Shown in pieces: positions 9,586 to 19,176 of a stretch of DNA of 64,000 nucleotides. Position numbers and translations under genes: made by a program. The DNA comes from a virus. Every line of letters starts with the position of its first letter. The stretch's first letter is position 1. Below the pieces are notes generated by a model. The model made no database searches. It was not told where the DNA came from and was given only the letters and a program-made list of their open reading frames with translations. Location: positions 1 through 64,000 of IMG/VR virus record IMGVR_UViG_3300037485_001872. The stretch is one strand, 5' to 3'.

Positions 9586-11274
9586 TTAGCGTTTTAGTTC
9601 TATAACTAAGAACTTAGAAATATCTCTCACCCAACAAGCAGAAATACTATGTACCCAGAACTCACGTCCCATTGTCTTCGTAGAAGAAGCAATTTCTGAA
9701 GTTTTATCTGGGCTCCAACGGCCTGTTCCAAATCCCCACCACATGCTATCACCTTCTGGTTTAACATAGTAGATGTTTGCTCCTTTGTTTCCACCGTCAA
9801 TAAGTGTAGTTCCTGAAGGTAGGTTTGTACGTGCGTTTGAGTATTCTTCTTGTGCAGCATCCCATATTACTAAGCTATAGCTATCATGAGCTTCACCACG
9901 TCCTGCAAATCCTCTACTGAATCTTTCAGAACCTAATTGATAATTCAATGATGGGTCATATTCGATTTCAATATTTCCAATGTCAGGGATAGAAACTTTT
10001 GTAAATGCTACAGGAGATAGTTTTAGATGCATGTTATCACCTGAAACTGGGTTTTGGATAAGTCTATCGGTTCCTAAGAATATACCAAGGTTTTGAACTT
10101 GCATTCTAACTTCTTCTTGGAAGATGCTCAACATGTTTTCGAATGCACGAGCTCCTGCTTTAAACTTAATGTTACGTTCAATTGGTTGTAAGTCTGGACG
10201 ACCTTGGAAGATATATGCAGCGGCTTGACGGATGTGCTCACGAGTGATTCCACCTGGACGGCTATATTTAATAACCCTTCCTCTACGTATTTGATGCCAT
10301 AAACCTTCATTCAAACGTTTAACACCATTGCTACCACGAATTACACCACCTTTTTGGAATAGTAATTGTTGAGCTTCAATTTTCATGTGCTCTAACAACA
10401 CTAAGTATTCTAAAGTACTACCTAAACGTAATGTGTTAGAATTTACTTTACCATTGGCGTTCAATTTACCAACATAGAACATATCAAGCTTACGACCCAT
10501 ATCATCTTTGATTTTGGCCATTTCGTCTTGGAACATATTCCAATATTGTTTTGAGTGTGTAGCTGCTCCTGAGAATGACTTCATTCCTGCATACATAGTT
10601 TCAAATGTTTCAACACCTCTATGGTTTCCTAATACGAATTCGCAGGTCATGGTTCCCATGTTATCTGGACTTTCAAGGTTTGAGAATTGTGTAGAGAACT
10701 CACCAAGTACGTGACCAATTTTAAAATACTGAATACCAGCTTTTAATTTTGATTTATCAAAGTATTTAGCGGCATCTTGTGTGTTAATAGTGGCCATATG
10801 TAACCAGTAATCACCTTCTTGTGTAATAGGGTAGTCTTCTGAAATTACAAGTTGGTCTCCGTATTGTTTATCATATGTCAATACATCACCTGGTTGGTAA
10901 GGTTTAGACAATCCAATAGGGAAAAGACTTTCATCAATACCTGGAAAATCATGTTCTGTAGACGTATCTTTCATTGTGAACGTACCTGTTGGTTTATAAA
11001 CTGGTAGGTCATAAGTAAAAGTACCATCTGCACCATTTACTTCCATCACGGCTTTGTTTGCGAAAAGATTTTGGTAAATTGGAACCCTCACCTCTGCGAA
11101 ATTAGTGAATAAATTTACTAATCCAAGATGATTTTTGTTAGGGTCTTCTTTGTACCAAGATGAAAGGGAAGCCCTATCCATCCAGCCCATTTGTTTTACA
11201 CTTTCGGTTGTTTTGAATCCGATTACGGTATCACCATTGATTACCTTCGGAACATTAGTTATTACTGTGCTCAT
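9586..11274 (-). CDS. Major capsid protein (crAss-like, HK97 fold)
   Basis: 562 aa; NEGLWHQIRRG resembles the conserved GL..Q motif of crAss-like MCPs; portal-scaffold-MCP order. Confidence 0.8.
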   Translation of the reverse strand: MSTVITNVPKVINGDTVIGFKTTESVKQMGWMDRASLSSWYKEDPNKNHLGLVNLFTNFAEVRVPIYQNLFANKAVMEVNGADGTFTYDLPVYKPTGTFTMKDTSTEHDFPGIDESLFPIGLSKPYQPGDVLTYDKQYGDQLVISEDYPITQEGDYWLHMATINTQDAAKYFDKSKLKAGIQYFKIGHVLGEFSTQFSNLESPDNMGTMTCEFVLGNHRGVETFETMYAGMKSFSGAATHSKQYWNMFQDEMAKIKDDMGRKLDMFYVGKLNANGKVNSNTLRLGSTLEYLVLLEHMKIEAQQLLFQKGGVIRGSNGVKRLNEGLWHQIRRGRVIKYSRPGGITREHIRQAAAYIFQGRPDLQPIERNIKFKAGARAFENMLSIFQEEVRMQVQNLGIFLGTDRLIQNPVSGDNMHLKLSPVAFTKVSIPDIGNIEIEYDPSLNYQLGSERFSRGFAGRGEAHDSYSLVIWDAAQEEYSNARTNLPSGTTLIDGGNKGANIYYVKPEGDSMWWGFGTGRWSPDKTSEIASSTKTMGREFWVHSISACWVRDISKFLVIELKR

Positions 11275-11285
11275 TTTAATATGTT

Positions 11286-12383
11286 TTATTTATCTATTAG
11301 TTCTTCTAAACTTAACTCTTTTCCACTTCCCTTGCCTTGTACTGAAAGTTTTATACTATCCCCAGATTTCTTAACTAGGTTTAGTGTTTTTAGTGTAGAC
11401 AACTCCTTGTTTCTAGAAAAATCTTTAAATTTTTGTTTTAAAAATTCTTCGGGGTCTGTAAGGTAGAGGGTTAAATCTGCTGCTGTTTTTGGGTCTTTTC
11501 GTCTTTCGTTGTAAAGAGTGTCAACCTCAAACTTACCATCTTTTTTCTTAGTTGCTACATCTAAGAGTTTTTTTTGTGTTGCGTCATTTAACTCATATGA
11601 AGTGGAATAAATTTCCTTTAAATCCTTTCTATAATTCTGAAGAGCTTTTTCTGCTTCTTCTTTTTGAATTATTGCTTGCGAATTTAAATATTCAACATGC
11701 TTATCAAATGCTATATGAAATTCGTTTACGGCTTCTTCTGCTTTTTCACCTAGAACTTCTTTTGCTTTAAATCCATCTATAATTGTAGAAATTACATCTT
11801 CAGCGATTCCTTGTGCTGTAAATTTCATTTTTAAAATTTCAGATTGGCCTTCTTCTGAAGTAACATCTAAACTATCTAAAGGAGATATTACTTTGTCATA
11901 GGCATCTAAAGCTTGGCGAATATTACCGCCATTTTTTTCAATGTCAATTAACTTTCTTGTGAGGTCTGATGTTTTGTCAATATCAATTTTATTGGCTAAA
12001 AGTTCACCTTTCTTTGTTTCCTCTTGTAATTCTACAATTTGGTTAAAAGTGTCTTCGTCAATATTGGCATCCTCATATGCCACTTCATTTCCGTTTTCAT
12101 CTACGATGGTCTCTAAGGCCACCCATTTTCCCATACTCACCATCTTATCCACCATTTCTTTATATGGAGAACCTAAAATAGCTTCAGGTGCTTCAGTAGT
12201 TGGTGGGGGTGTTTTTGGTTCTGGTGGGTTTAAATCTAGAATCTCTGTAATTTCAATCTCTTCTTCTGAAGGTGTTATAACAGGTGGTACTAAATCTGCG
12301 GGCTCTAGAAAATCTTCAATTGATTTAACTTCTCCTTCACCTACAGCAAAACTTAATGGTTCGTGGTTTTCAAATGTGTTCAT
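11286..12383 (-). CDS. Acidic scaffold-like protein upstream of MCP
   Basis: 365 aa, Glu/Pro-rich disordered N-terminus with a helical remainder; syntenic position. Confidence 0.55.
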   Translation of the reverse strand: MNTFENHEPLSFAVGEGEVKSIEDFLEPADLVPPVITPSEEEIEITEILDLNPPEPKTPPPTTEAPEAILGSPYKEMVDKMVSMGKWVALETIVDENGNEVAYEDANIDEDTFNQIVELQEETKKGELLANKIDIDKTSDLTRKLIDIEKNGGNIRQALDAYDKVISPLDSLDVTSEEGQSEILKMKFTAQGIAEDVISTIIDGFKAKEVLGEKAEEAVNEFHIAFDKHVEYLNSQAIIQKEEAEKALQNYRKDLKEIYSTSYELNDATQKKLLDVATKKKDGKFEVDTLYNERRKDPKTAADLTLYLTDPEEFLKQKFKDFSRNKELSTLKTLNLVKKSGDSIKLSVQGKGSGKELSLEELIDK

Positions 12384-12384
12384 A

Positions 12385-12427
12385 CAAATATACGTTGGTT
12401 TTTTAAAAAAGTAAAGTAAATAAAATT
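12385..12427 (-). promoter_or_regulatory. Promoter, AATTTTAT-N27-TATATTTG class
   Basis: CAAATATA 12385-12392 and ATAAAATT 12420-12427 on the plus strand. Confidence 0.7.
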
Positions 12428-12481
12428 ACAACAGTAGCTTTATTCCCTTAATAATATTTATTTTTATTATAAAATTTAATT

Positions 12482-12757
12482 TTATTTAAATGTTCTACAA
12501 ACTCCTATTGCTGAACCCGATGCCAGCTTTATATCTTTAATAGTTAACTCATCTTTACATCTGATTAACATTGTAGTTGCTAATGTAATGCCACTAAGTC
12601 CTAAATAAACAAAAGCATTTCCTCCATTACTATCTACAAGTTTTGTAAGTACTGCGGCTGCGTTTATAATAATGTGGTCATAGTCTACATTATTTTGTTC
12701 TGTAGTGGTTATTATTTTTGTTCCTCTTCCTCCTAGGGTATGTTGGTCTGTTTTCAT
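12482..12757 (-). CDS. Small virion protein, paralog of the N-terminal domain of 13751-14788
   Basis: DQHT.GGRGTKII.TTEQ...YLGLSGITLA..MLIRCK.ELTIK.IKL.SGSAIGVCR.FK is shared. Confidence 0.6.
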   Translation of the reverse strand: MKTDQHTLGGRGTKIITTTEQNNVDYDHIIINAAAVLTKLVDSNGGNAFVYLGLSGITLATTMLIRCKDELTIKDIKLASGSAIGVCRTFK

Positions 12758-12787
12758 ATTTTTTAAACTGTTACTATTGTTACTCTT

Positions 12788-13036
12788 TTAAATTCTTTCA
12801 TATTGTTGTTTATTAAATTTTTCAGTTGCTATTTCTTTAGGTTTAATTTTACTTAATTTTATTTTATGTGCTTTATGTAAAGCAAGAAGATTAGTAAGTC
12901 TTTGTAATTCTTCTGTATTAGTTTCATTATCAACTCTACTTTGTATTTTTACTATATTATCTTCATTACTAGATTTAATTATATTAAGATTATTAATCTC
13001 TCTTTCTTCTAATTCTTCTAATGTGTATGTTTTCAT
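12788..13036 (-). CDS. Hypothetical protein
   Basis: 82-aa ORF within the operon. Confidence 0.45.
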   Translation of the reverse strand: MKTYTLEELEEREINNLNIIKSSNEDNIVKIQSRVDNETNTEELQRLTNLLALHKAHKIKLSKIKPKEIATEKFNKQQYERI

Positions 13037-13040
13037 AATG

Positions 13041-13346
13041 TTAAACTGTTGTTATTGATACGGTATTATTTGCTTGTAAATATATTATATCTCCATCAGG
13101 GTTTCCACTATTGCAAGTCATCAATGCTGATGGAATTGTTAATAATATTAAGTTTCCAAGAATATCACTAAATACTGCATCATCTCCAACCGTATTACCT
13201 GTTTGGTCAATACTTAAAGCACATTGCCAAAAATAATAACTTAACCCTTTGTGGAAGATTGAACGAATTAATCCGTACACTAAAGATATTGGCATTAAAA
13301 TAAACGCCATTAAACTTGCTACAATCATTAATATTAAATTTATCAT
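13041..13346 (-). CDS. Membrane protein, probably chimeric
   Basis: Hydrophobic N-terminus ending in SIDQTGNTV, then an abrupt switch to an unrelated LTIPSALMTCNSGNPDGDIIYLQANN tail. Confidence 0.4.
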   Translation of the reverse strand: MINLILMIVASLMAFILMPISLVYGLIRSIFHKGLSYYFWQCALSIDQTGNTVGDDAVFSDILGNLILLTIPSALMTCNSGNPDGDIIYLQANNTVSITTV

Positions 13347-13347
13347 T

Positions 13348-13524
13348 TTATTTCTTTAAAGTTGCTTTGTATTTTTTATATTCGTTAAGAGTCCTTCCTA
13401 ATGTATATATTATTGTAGCTAACAACAAAATGGTCTGCAAACCAACATTAAGGTCAACAGTCTTTATTGTTATAAAACAAAGGACATTTGCCCCTACTAC
13501 TTTAAGGTCTTCTAATTCTATCAT
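13348..13524 (-). CDS. Small membrane protein (holin-like), 58 aa
   Basis: ATG at 13524 overlaps the upstream stop; hydrophobic segment followed by a basic C-terminus (YKKYKATLKK). Confidence 0.45.
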   Translation of the reverse strand: MIELEDLKVVGANVLCFITIKTVDLNVGLQTILLLATIIYTLGRTLNEYKKYKATLKK

Positions 13525-13751
13525 TAATTGCTTGGTGGGAATGGTGGTGGTAAAGGTGGAACATACTCGCCTTGCGGTAAATCTAAAACCCAAGCATATT
13601 GACTTGCCTCAACTTCGGGTTCATCTTCATCTGATAACATTAAATACCAAACATCATCAATATCTTGAACGCAATTAAAAAATTGATATTCTGTGTAATA
13701 TTTACCTTGTATTTGGTCTTTTTCTTGCTCTGTTAAAATGTATCCTATCAT
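13524..13751 (-). CDS. Hypothetical protein, possible chaperone of the upstream lectin-like protein
   Basis: 75 aa, FFNCVQDIDDVWY motif and Pro-rich C-terminus; translationally coupled. Confidence 0.45.
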   Translation of the reverse strand: MIGYILTEQEKDQIQGKYYTEYQFFNCVQDIDDVWYLMLSDEDEPEVEASQYAWVLDLPQGEYVPPLPPPFPPSN

Positions 13752-14788
13752 TATACTTGTCTTGAAAGGGTTGTTTGAAATGCTTGTACGGCTGTGTAAA
13801 AGTTAGACATTTGACTTATTGATAAACTATTACCTAATGAGGTAAAAGCTATTTCTAAAGTATCAAATCTTAAAGGAACTCCAAGACTATTTAATGCTCC
13901 TAAATATACATTGTAATTTATTGTTCCATTACTTGCATGTGTAACAGTAGTATTTGTTGAATTTACAGAAAAATTTAAAGTTGTAGATAAATTTCTTGAT
14001 GCTTGTCTAAACCCAGTTGTACTTGTAACTATTGTGCTACTTCCATTTGAATCATCATTTATAGCAGGATAAGTTATGTTATTTGTATATCTCATATATG
14101 TACCTAATAAAGAAAGTCCATTAAATACTCCCAAAATTATACTTACACTTCCTGTTCTATTTGTTCTTGAATAAATACCAAATGAAGCATTATTTTGAGA
14201 TAATTCAACAGATGGATTTAATCCAGTATTCATATATGCACTCGCACCATTTGGCGTAACCCCCGTACTCGCAAAAGTCCACCCACTTGAAAACGTACCC
14301 GTAAAACTTGACGATTTTAAGTTCTGAGCACAAGATGCTGCACTTGCCCCTACCATTGGATATATGGCTTTCATATTTGCCCAAACACTATTTGCTTTTA
14401 AATCTAAAACAAGTTGCAATGTTGCACTTTGTTCAGTTGCATTTAATGAGCCTCCAGCAGCAATTACCCTATTATAAAATGCTACATAATCGGCATCTGT
14501 AACTTGTATTCCCGTTTTAAATTTTCTACAAACTCCTATGGCTGACCCTGATGAAAGTTTTATATTTTTAATTGTTAATTCATTTTTACATCTTATTAAC
14601 ATTTTACTAGCTAGGGTTATACCAGAAAGTCCTAAATAGGTAAGGGCATCTTCACCGTTACTATCTATTAGTTTTGTTATTACAGAATCTTCATTTATAA
14701 CTATATACTCATACTCTACAGCGTCTTGCTCTGTAGTAGATATTATTTTTGTACCTCTACCTCCAATAGTGTGTTGGTCTACTCTCAT
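13751..14788 (-). CDS. Virion protein: duplicated N-terminal domain fused to a ConA/LamG-like domain
   Basis: First ~90 aa paralogous to 12482-12757; C-terminal LVLDLK...W..M.AIYPMVG...NFYTAVQAFQTTLSRQV resembles lectin-like virion proteins of small freshwater phages. Confidence 0.5.
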   Translation of the reverse strand: MRVDQHTIGGRGTKIISTTEQDAVEYEYIVINEDSVITKLIDSNGEDALTYLGLSGITLASKMLIRCKNELTIKNIKLSSGSAIGVCRKFKTGIQVTDADYVAFYNRVIAAGGSLNATEQSATLQLVLDLKANSVWANMKAIYPMVGASAASCAQNLKSSSFTGTFSSGWTFASTGVTPNGASAYMNTGLNPSVELSQNNASFGIYSRTNRTGSVSIILGVFNGLSLLGTYMRYTNNITYPAINDDSNGSSTIVTSTTGFRQASRNLSTTLNFSVNSTNTTVTHASNGTINYNVYLGALNSLGVPLRFDTLEIAFTSLGNSLSISQMSNFYTAVQAFQTTLSRQV

Positions 14789-14807
14789 TTAGTTCTTATT
14801 TATTTAA

Positions 14808-15716
14808 TTAAGTGAAAGGCATATTAATTGGTGAAGAAAAACATTCAGTGTGACCACTGAACTTTATCATGGGTTTATATCTTAATTTCTTATTTGCCTC
14901 TATTATCTTTGCCTCCCAATTTACTGCTAGGTATAAAGAAGTACGAATTTCAGTTACTAATCTATGTTTATAGGGTATCTTGGCTTTTACAAACCTATCT
15001 TTTATACGTTTTAATGATGTTATTCCAACTTTGTAAAAATTCTCATATTCTGAGTATAAATGTAAAAAGTAAATAGTTGCTGGAATTTTTAACCACTCTT
15101 CTTTATTTTTTTCTGATAGTCTAATATTATGAACTCCCCTATGTAGCTCCTCATTACATGTTGGGCATCCTTGCCCAGATAAATGATTTCGCCTACTCTG
15201 CATAAAGCTACCGTGTTTTTTACATGTTATGTTTATTATCCCCTTGTGTTTATTATAAATAACATTTTCATAGGTATATTTATTTTCATGTATAATACTT
15301 GCTATTTCTATAAAATCATCTATTGGTCTTAGTTGATTATTTGAACAGGTAGGACAACCTTTCCCTGCCAAATGATTGTTAGGAAATTGACTAAATTCCC
15401 CATGCTCCTTACATATTATTTTTACCTTTTTAAGTGCTGTTTTATAACTTGTATTACTATAGTCATACTTATCTTCATGTACCTCTTTACATTGTAATAA
15501 AAATTCACTATTTGTCTTTGTATAATTCGTATTACAAAAAGTACAACCATGACCAATTAAATGTTTACTAGGTGCTTGTTCAAATATATGACCTTGTTTA
15601 CACTTTATAGAAACCTTTACTTTACAATTTATATACTCTACCTCTGAATAATCATACTTATTACCATGTACTTGTATACTTTTATTAATAAATTCTAATG
15701 TTGAACTTTTTTCCAT
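14808..15716 (-). CDS. Homing endonuclease: tandem zinc-finger (DUF723-like) repeats plus C-terminal GIY-YIG-like domain
   Basis: Three H..KY.Y...C..H..F.Q...HL.G.GC..C repeats; IYFLHL...FYKVGIT; free-standing after portal. Confidence 0.7.
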   Translation of the reverse strand: MEKSSTLEFINKSIQVHGNKYDYSEVEYINCKVKVSIKCKQGHIFEQAPSKHLIGHGCTFCNTNYTKTNSEFLLQCKEVHEDKYDYSNTSYKTALKKVKIICKEHGEFSQFPNNHLAGKGCPTCSNNQLRPIDDFIEIASIIHENKYTYENVIYNKHKGIINITCKKHGSFMQSRRNHLSGQGCPTCNEELHRGVHNIRLSEKNKEEWLKIPATIYFLHLYSEYENFYKVGITSLKRIKDRFVKAKIPYKHRLVTEIRTSLYLAVNWEAKIIEANKKLRYKPMIKFSGHTECFSSPINMPFT

Positions 15717-15718
15717 TT

Positions 15719-18475
15719 TTAGTTTTTATTAACTTCTGCGATATATCTATCCTGCTTTAGTTTCTCTTTCTGAAGTGCTAGTTTATCTACTTCTAGTTTT
15801 AATTTTGCTTCATTGGTTTTAAAAGTATCTTTGGCAGTATTTATACGTAACTCTAAATCTTTTAGTTTTAAAGCATGCTCTTCTGAAAATTGTTCGTTAT
15901 TAATAAATCTATCAGCTTCATCATTATAAAATTGTAATTGTGGTAATGAAGAATTATTATCAACGGCTTTTCCTAATCCTGATAAGTATGATACTGTTAA
16001 GTCTTTTTGCCTATCCTTTTCACTTTCCCCAGCTTTAAATATTCTTTCTTCCTCCGTAGCATTCTTAGTGGCTTCTAGTTGTTGTGTTAATAAATCTTGT
16101 TCATGCTTACGTTGCGCCTGGGTATTTAAATCTCTTCTCATTCTTTCTAAACGAGCAATTTCCATTAAACTCACCATACTATCAGAACCCATAATAGCTG
16201 CTAATTCAAGACTATCAGAGTCTAAGGTATTTCTATTTAGGAGAGATTGTTTTAATGTTTCTAGTTCCTTACGTTTTTTACTATTAGATATGGCCATAAT
16301 ACCAAGTCTACGTAATGGAAAATCCTTATCTTGAAATTTAAGGAAAGCCTTTGACATGTCACTTTTAGTGTATGACACTGAAATATCGTGACCATCACCT
16401 TGAGCATGTTGTGCTAAATTTAAGTGTATTTCAAGTGCTCTTTTCTTTGCGGCACTAAAGTCTTCATATAGATAATCTGTTTGTGTAGTGGTTGCTGAGG
16501 CATTTTGTCTTACACCCTCTGCTGTCTGGTACTTAACTGGTGTACCCAATGCTGGAGGATTTATACCAAATTGCTCATAAGCTAATAACTTGTAGTGTTC
16601 TGCTTGTTGTTGTTTAGCTAATATTTGATTAGAAAAAGATAGGTCTACAAGTTGGAATTGATTAAATGCTGATTTTCCTTGAAGATTCTGAGAAGAACCA
16701 TCAACACCGAAAAGTCCTGAATCTTTTATTATTCTAGATACGTTTAAAAGAGATGTTTCTGTATCCCCATATTCTTTTATATCTGAGGGTAAAAAGTTAA
16801 CATCGAATAAAAAGAATGCTCCTATTTCTTTTTCCTGTAGATTATATTCACCATTTTTAGCAATGTTATACATGTTTTGGTAAGGCATAATTTTATCTGC
16901 TGGAGCCTTTCCAATTAATCCTGCCAGTGGCAATTGTACATCGTAAATATTACTATCACCTTTTATTTGAAATTCTAAAGGCTCTATAGCATAATATAAA
17001 TCTTCTTTCAGATTAGTAGTACCTGTTGTAGCTTTTTTACCTTTCCAAACCTGCGGGATATAATCCCATACTATTGTATTAGGTTCCCTATTGTCTTTAA
17101 GTGTTTCTAAAGATACATTTTTAAGACTCTTTATATTATAATCCTCTAAGAAGTCGGGAAGAAGTTCATCTGTAACTATTTTTGATTCAATCCTACCTGT
17201 TTCAGTTACATATGTTATATAAGCGACTCTTTGCCAGCTTCTCCAATATGCCTCTGTAACTTGAATTAAATCTGTACGTAAATTTAAATCCTCACGTAAA
17301 TAGGATGCATATTGATTGGCTGTTTGCCTATTTCCATCAAAATGTCTTGGTAGAAAACTTGGGAATGATTCCTCGGTTCCATCTTTTTTATAGATGGTTT
17401 GTTGCGCTAAAGGTACACCGAAATGGTCTTGAATACCTAATAAGAAATTATAATCGTGATATTGTTCATTTGGTACTAGGTTATTTTTACCCGTACTTTT
17501 ATATAAATCAGAGGAGAACATTCCAGAAGTTTCCTGGTGTTCTGCTTTTCTTTGATTTAAAATTTGTTTTTTTGTTTCTTCTGAGAAGTGATGACCGTCT
17601 CTATTAACAAAATCAGAGGGGGTGAAGAAGTGTACTCTTCCTCCATATTCTCCAAGTTGTGGATATTTGACATCAACTGTTTGAGAAAAAAATGTATTTA
17701 TAGGGCTCCATCTCTCTATTCCATAACTATCATACTTAGTATAATAATGGGAAAACCATCTTCCTGTTAGTAATTGGTCATAAATTAACTCACTGTCCAA
17801 TTCATCTAGATGGAAACGTTCCGTATCGGCTTCTAAGGTGTTTTCTGCCCATTCCACCGCAGTTGTCTTCCAATCTTTCCTCATGTAGTTTTCTATCTCA
17901 GGAGGAGTTAATTCTTGTCTGGCGTTCTGTATCTGCTCAATATATGCAGCTTTCTCTTCTTCGTTTTTAAAATCCGTTTTATCTGGATTTATTCCTCTAT
18001 CAAGAAGTCTTAATTGAATCTCTTTTTCTACCTCCTCATTTATGAACTTATGTATAAGTTCTGACTTTGTTCTTATATACTCATTAGAAGATATTTCGTC
18101 AATGTTTGTGGGGTGAAATTTATCACGACCCTCATTCATAATACTTCTCAGATAGTTTACAATTATACCTAATATATCATAGTGTCGTATTGTATTTGGT
18201 ATTTCAAATTCTTCTAGAAGGTTAGAAACTTCTCTTAACTGGGGAATAAGCTCAGAGATTTCCATATAACTTAACTTTCCCTCACACATTCTGTAGTAAT
18301 CACAGAAGCGTTGATTTTCACGGAATTGTGTAAGCCCTATTAATTCAAGAGCGTCCATAGTGGATTTCTTCCACCTATCACCTTTTTTACTTGATGGAAT
18401 TGCCTGTGCTGGTAGAGTGGAAACCACATTACCATCAGAAAAGGCAGAATACCATGCATGGAGATTATCAGACAT
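15719..18475 (-). CDS. Portal protein (crAss-like)
   Basis: 918 aa; IRHYDIL and MPYQNMYNI motifs, long coiled-coil C-terminus; lies between TerL and MCP. Confidence 0.8.
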   Translation of the reverse strand: MSDNLHAWYSAFSDGNVVSTLPAQAIPSSKKGDRWKKSTMDALELIGLTQFRENQRFCDYYRMCEGKLSYMEISELIPQLREVSNLLEEFEIPNTIRHYDILGIIVNYLRSIMNEGRDKFHPTNIDEISSNEYIRTKSELIHKFINEEVEKEIQLRLLDRGINPDKTDFKNEEEKAAYIEQIQNARQELTPPEIENYMRKDWKTTAVEWAENTLEADTERFHLDELDSELIYDQLLTGRWFSHYYTKYDSYGIERWSPINTFFSQTVDVKYPQLGEYGGRVHFFTPSDFVNRDGHHFSEETKKQILNQRKAEHQETSGMFSSDLYKSTGKNNLVPNEQYHDYNFLLGIQDHFGVPLAQQTIYKKDGTEESFPSFLPRHFDGNRQTANQYASYLREDLNLRTDLIQVTEAYWRSWQRVAYITYVTETGRIESKIVTDELLPDFLEDYNIKSLKNVSLETLKDNREPNTIVWDYIPQVWKGKKATTGTTNLKEDLYYAIEPLEFQIKGDSNIYDVQLPLAGLIGKAPADKIMPYQNMYNIAKNGEYNLQEKEIGAFFLFDVNFLPSDIKEYGDTETSLLNVSRIIKDSGLFGVDGSSQNLQGKSAFNQFQLVDLSFSNQILAKQQQAEHYKLLAYEQFGINPPALGTPVKYQTAEGVRQNASATTTQTDYLYEDFSAAKKRALEIHLNLAQHAQGDGHDISVSYTKSDMSKAFLKFQDKDFPLRRLGIMAISNSKKRKELETLKQSLLNRNTLDSDSLELAAIMGSDSMVSLMEIARLERMRRDLNTQAQRKHEQDLLTQQLEATKNATEEERIFKAGESEKDRQKDLTVSYLSGLGKAVDNNSSLPQLQFYNDEADRFINNEQFSEEHALKLKDLELRINTAKDTFKTNEAKLKLEVDKLALQKEKLKQDRYIAEVNKN

Positions 18476-18480
18476 TTTTA

Positions 18481-18523
18481 CAAATATATGACATTTTTAT
18501 TACATTTCAAAGACAATAAAATT
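18481..18523 (-). promoter_or_regulatory. Portal promoter, AATTTTAT-N27-TATATTTG class, overlapped by three TGACA-like half-sites
   Basis: -7 at 18481-18488; plus-strand TGACA 18489, TTACA 18500, AGACA 18511 (11-nt period); ATAAAATT 18516-18523. Confidence 0.7.
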
Positions 18524-18531
18524 TTATCAAA

Positions 18532-19173
18532 CTAAGTATACCTCAAATATGTTTTATTTGGGGTGTTTCCATTTAGCATACTTATAATGCTTGTTTTTGA
18601 AAAATGATTATTATATTGTGCTGCTTCTTTTGCTGATTCATAATATACACCTGTTTGAATATCTAAAACTATTTTTCTTAATTTTTCACATCTCTTTTCA
18701 ATAGCTTCTAAACTAGCTTTTTTACCTTTTTGACATGCAGTTCTTTTTTCTATTACTTCTTTAGATTGTTTTTTACCTAAATTTGCTTTTCTTAATTTTT
18801 CTCTTGTCGCTTCAGATGGGCTAACCCCCATTCTAGCTATTGACATTTTTAAAATAGTTTCTTTAGACTTTAATCTAGGTATTTCATTATACCCTGGTAA
18901 TGTACAATTTAAACCTTCTTCTAAGACATTATAAAAAAGACCCCAAGCCCTCTCTAATAAAAATAATATTTCAAACTCACAATATTCAATTATTTCAAAA
19001 GTATGCTTTTCTACTCCATACTTACAAAGAGAGTTATAAAGTTTGGGTTGGTCTTTACAGTTTTTCGAGAAGTAAGACCACCATCTTTTTTGAATATCTT
19101 TTGAACTCCCTATATAAATTCTTCCAGTAGGTGATGTTATTTTATAAATCCCACATTTAATTTTTCTTCTCAT
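18532..19173 (-). CDS. GIY-YIG homing endonuclease with NUMOD3 repeats
   Basis: GIYKITSPTGRIYIGSS; S.ET..KMS/KLR repeats; C-terminal TGVYYESAKEAA. Confidence 0.9.
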   Translation of the reverse strand: MRRKIKCGIYKITSPTGRIYIGSSKDIQKRWWSYFSKNCKDQPKLYNSLCKYGVEKHTFEIIEYCEFEILFLLERAWGLFYNVLEEGLNCTLPGYNEIPRLKSKETILKMSIARMGVSPSEATREKLRKANLGKKQSKEVIEKRTACQKGKKASLEAIEKRCEKLRKIVLDIQTGVYYESAKEAAQYNNHFSKTSIISMLNGNTPNKTYLRYT

Positions 19174-19176
19174 TTT

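Noticed and set aside
18532-19173. Group I intron or intein in terL/portal
   Set aside because: The endonuclease is intergenic with very short spacers; both neighbours have their own start and stop codons and no intein motifs.
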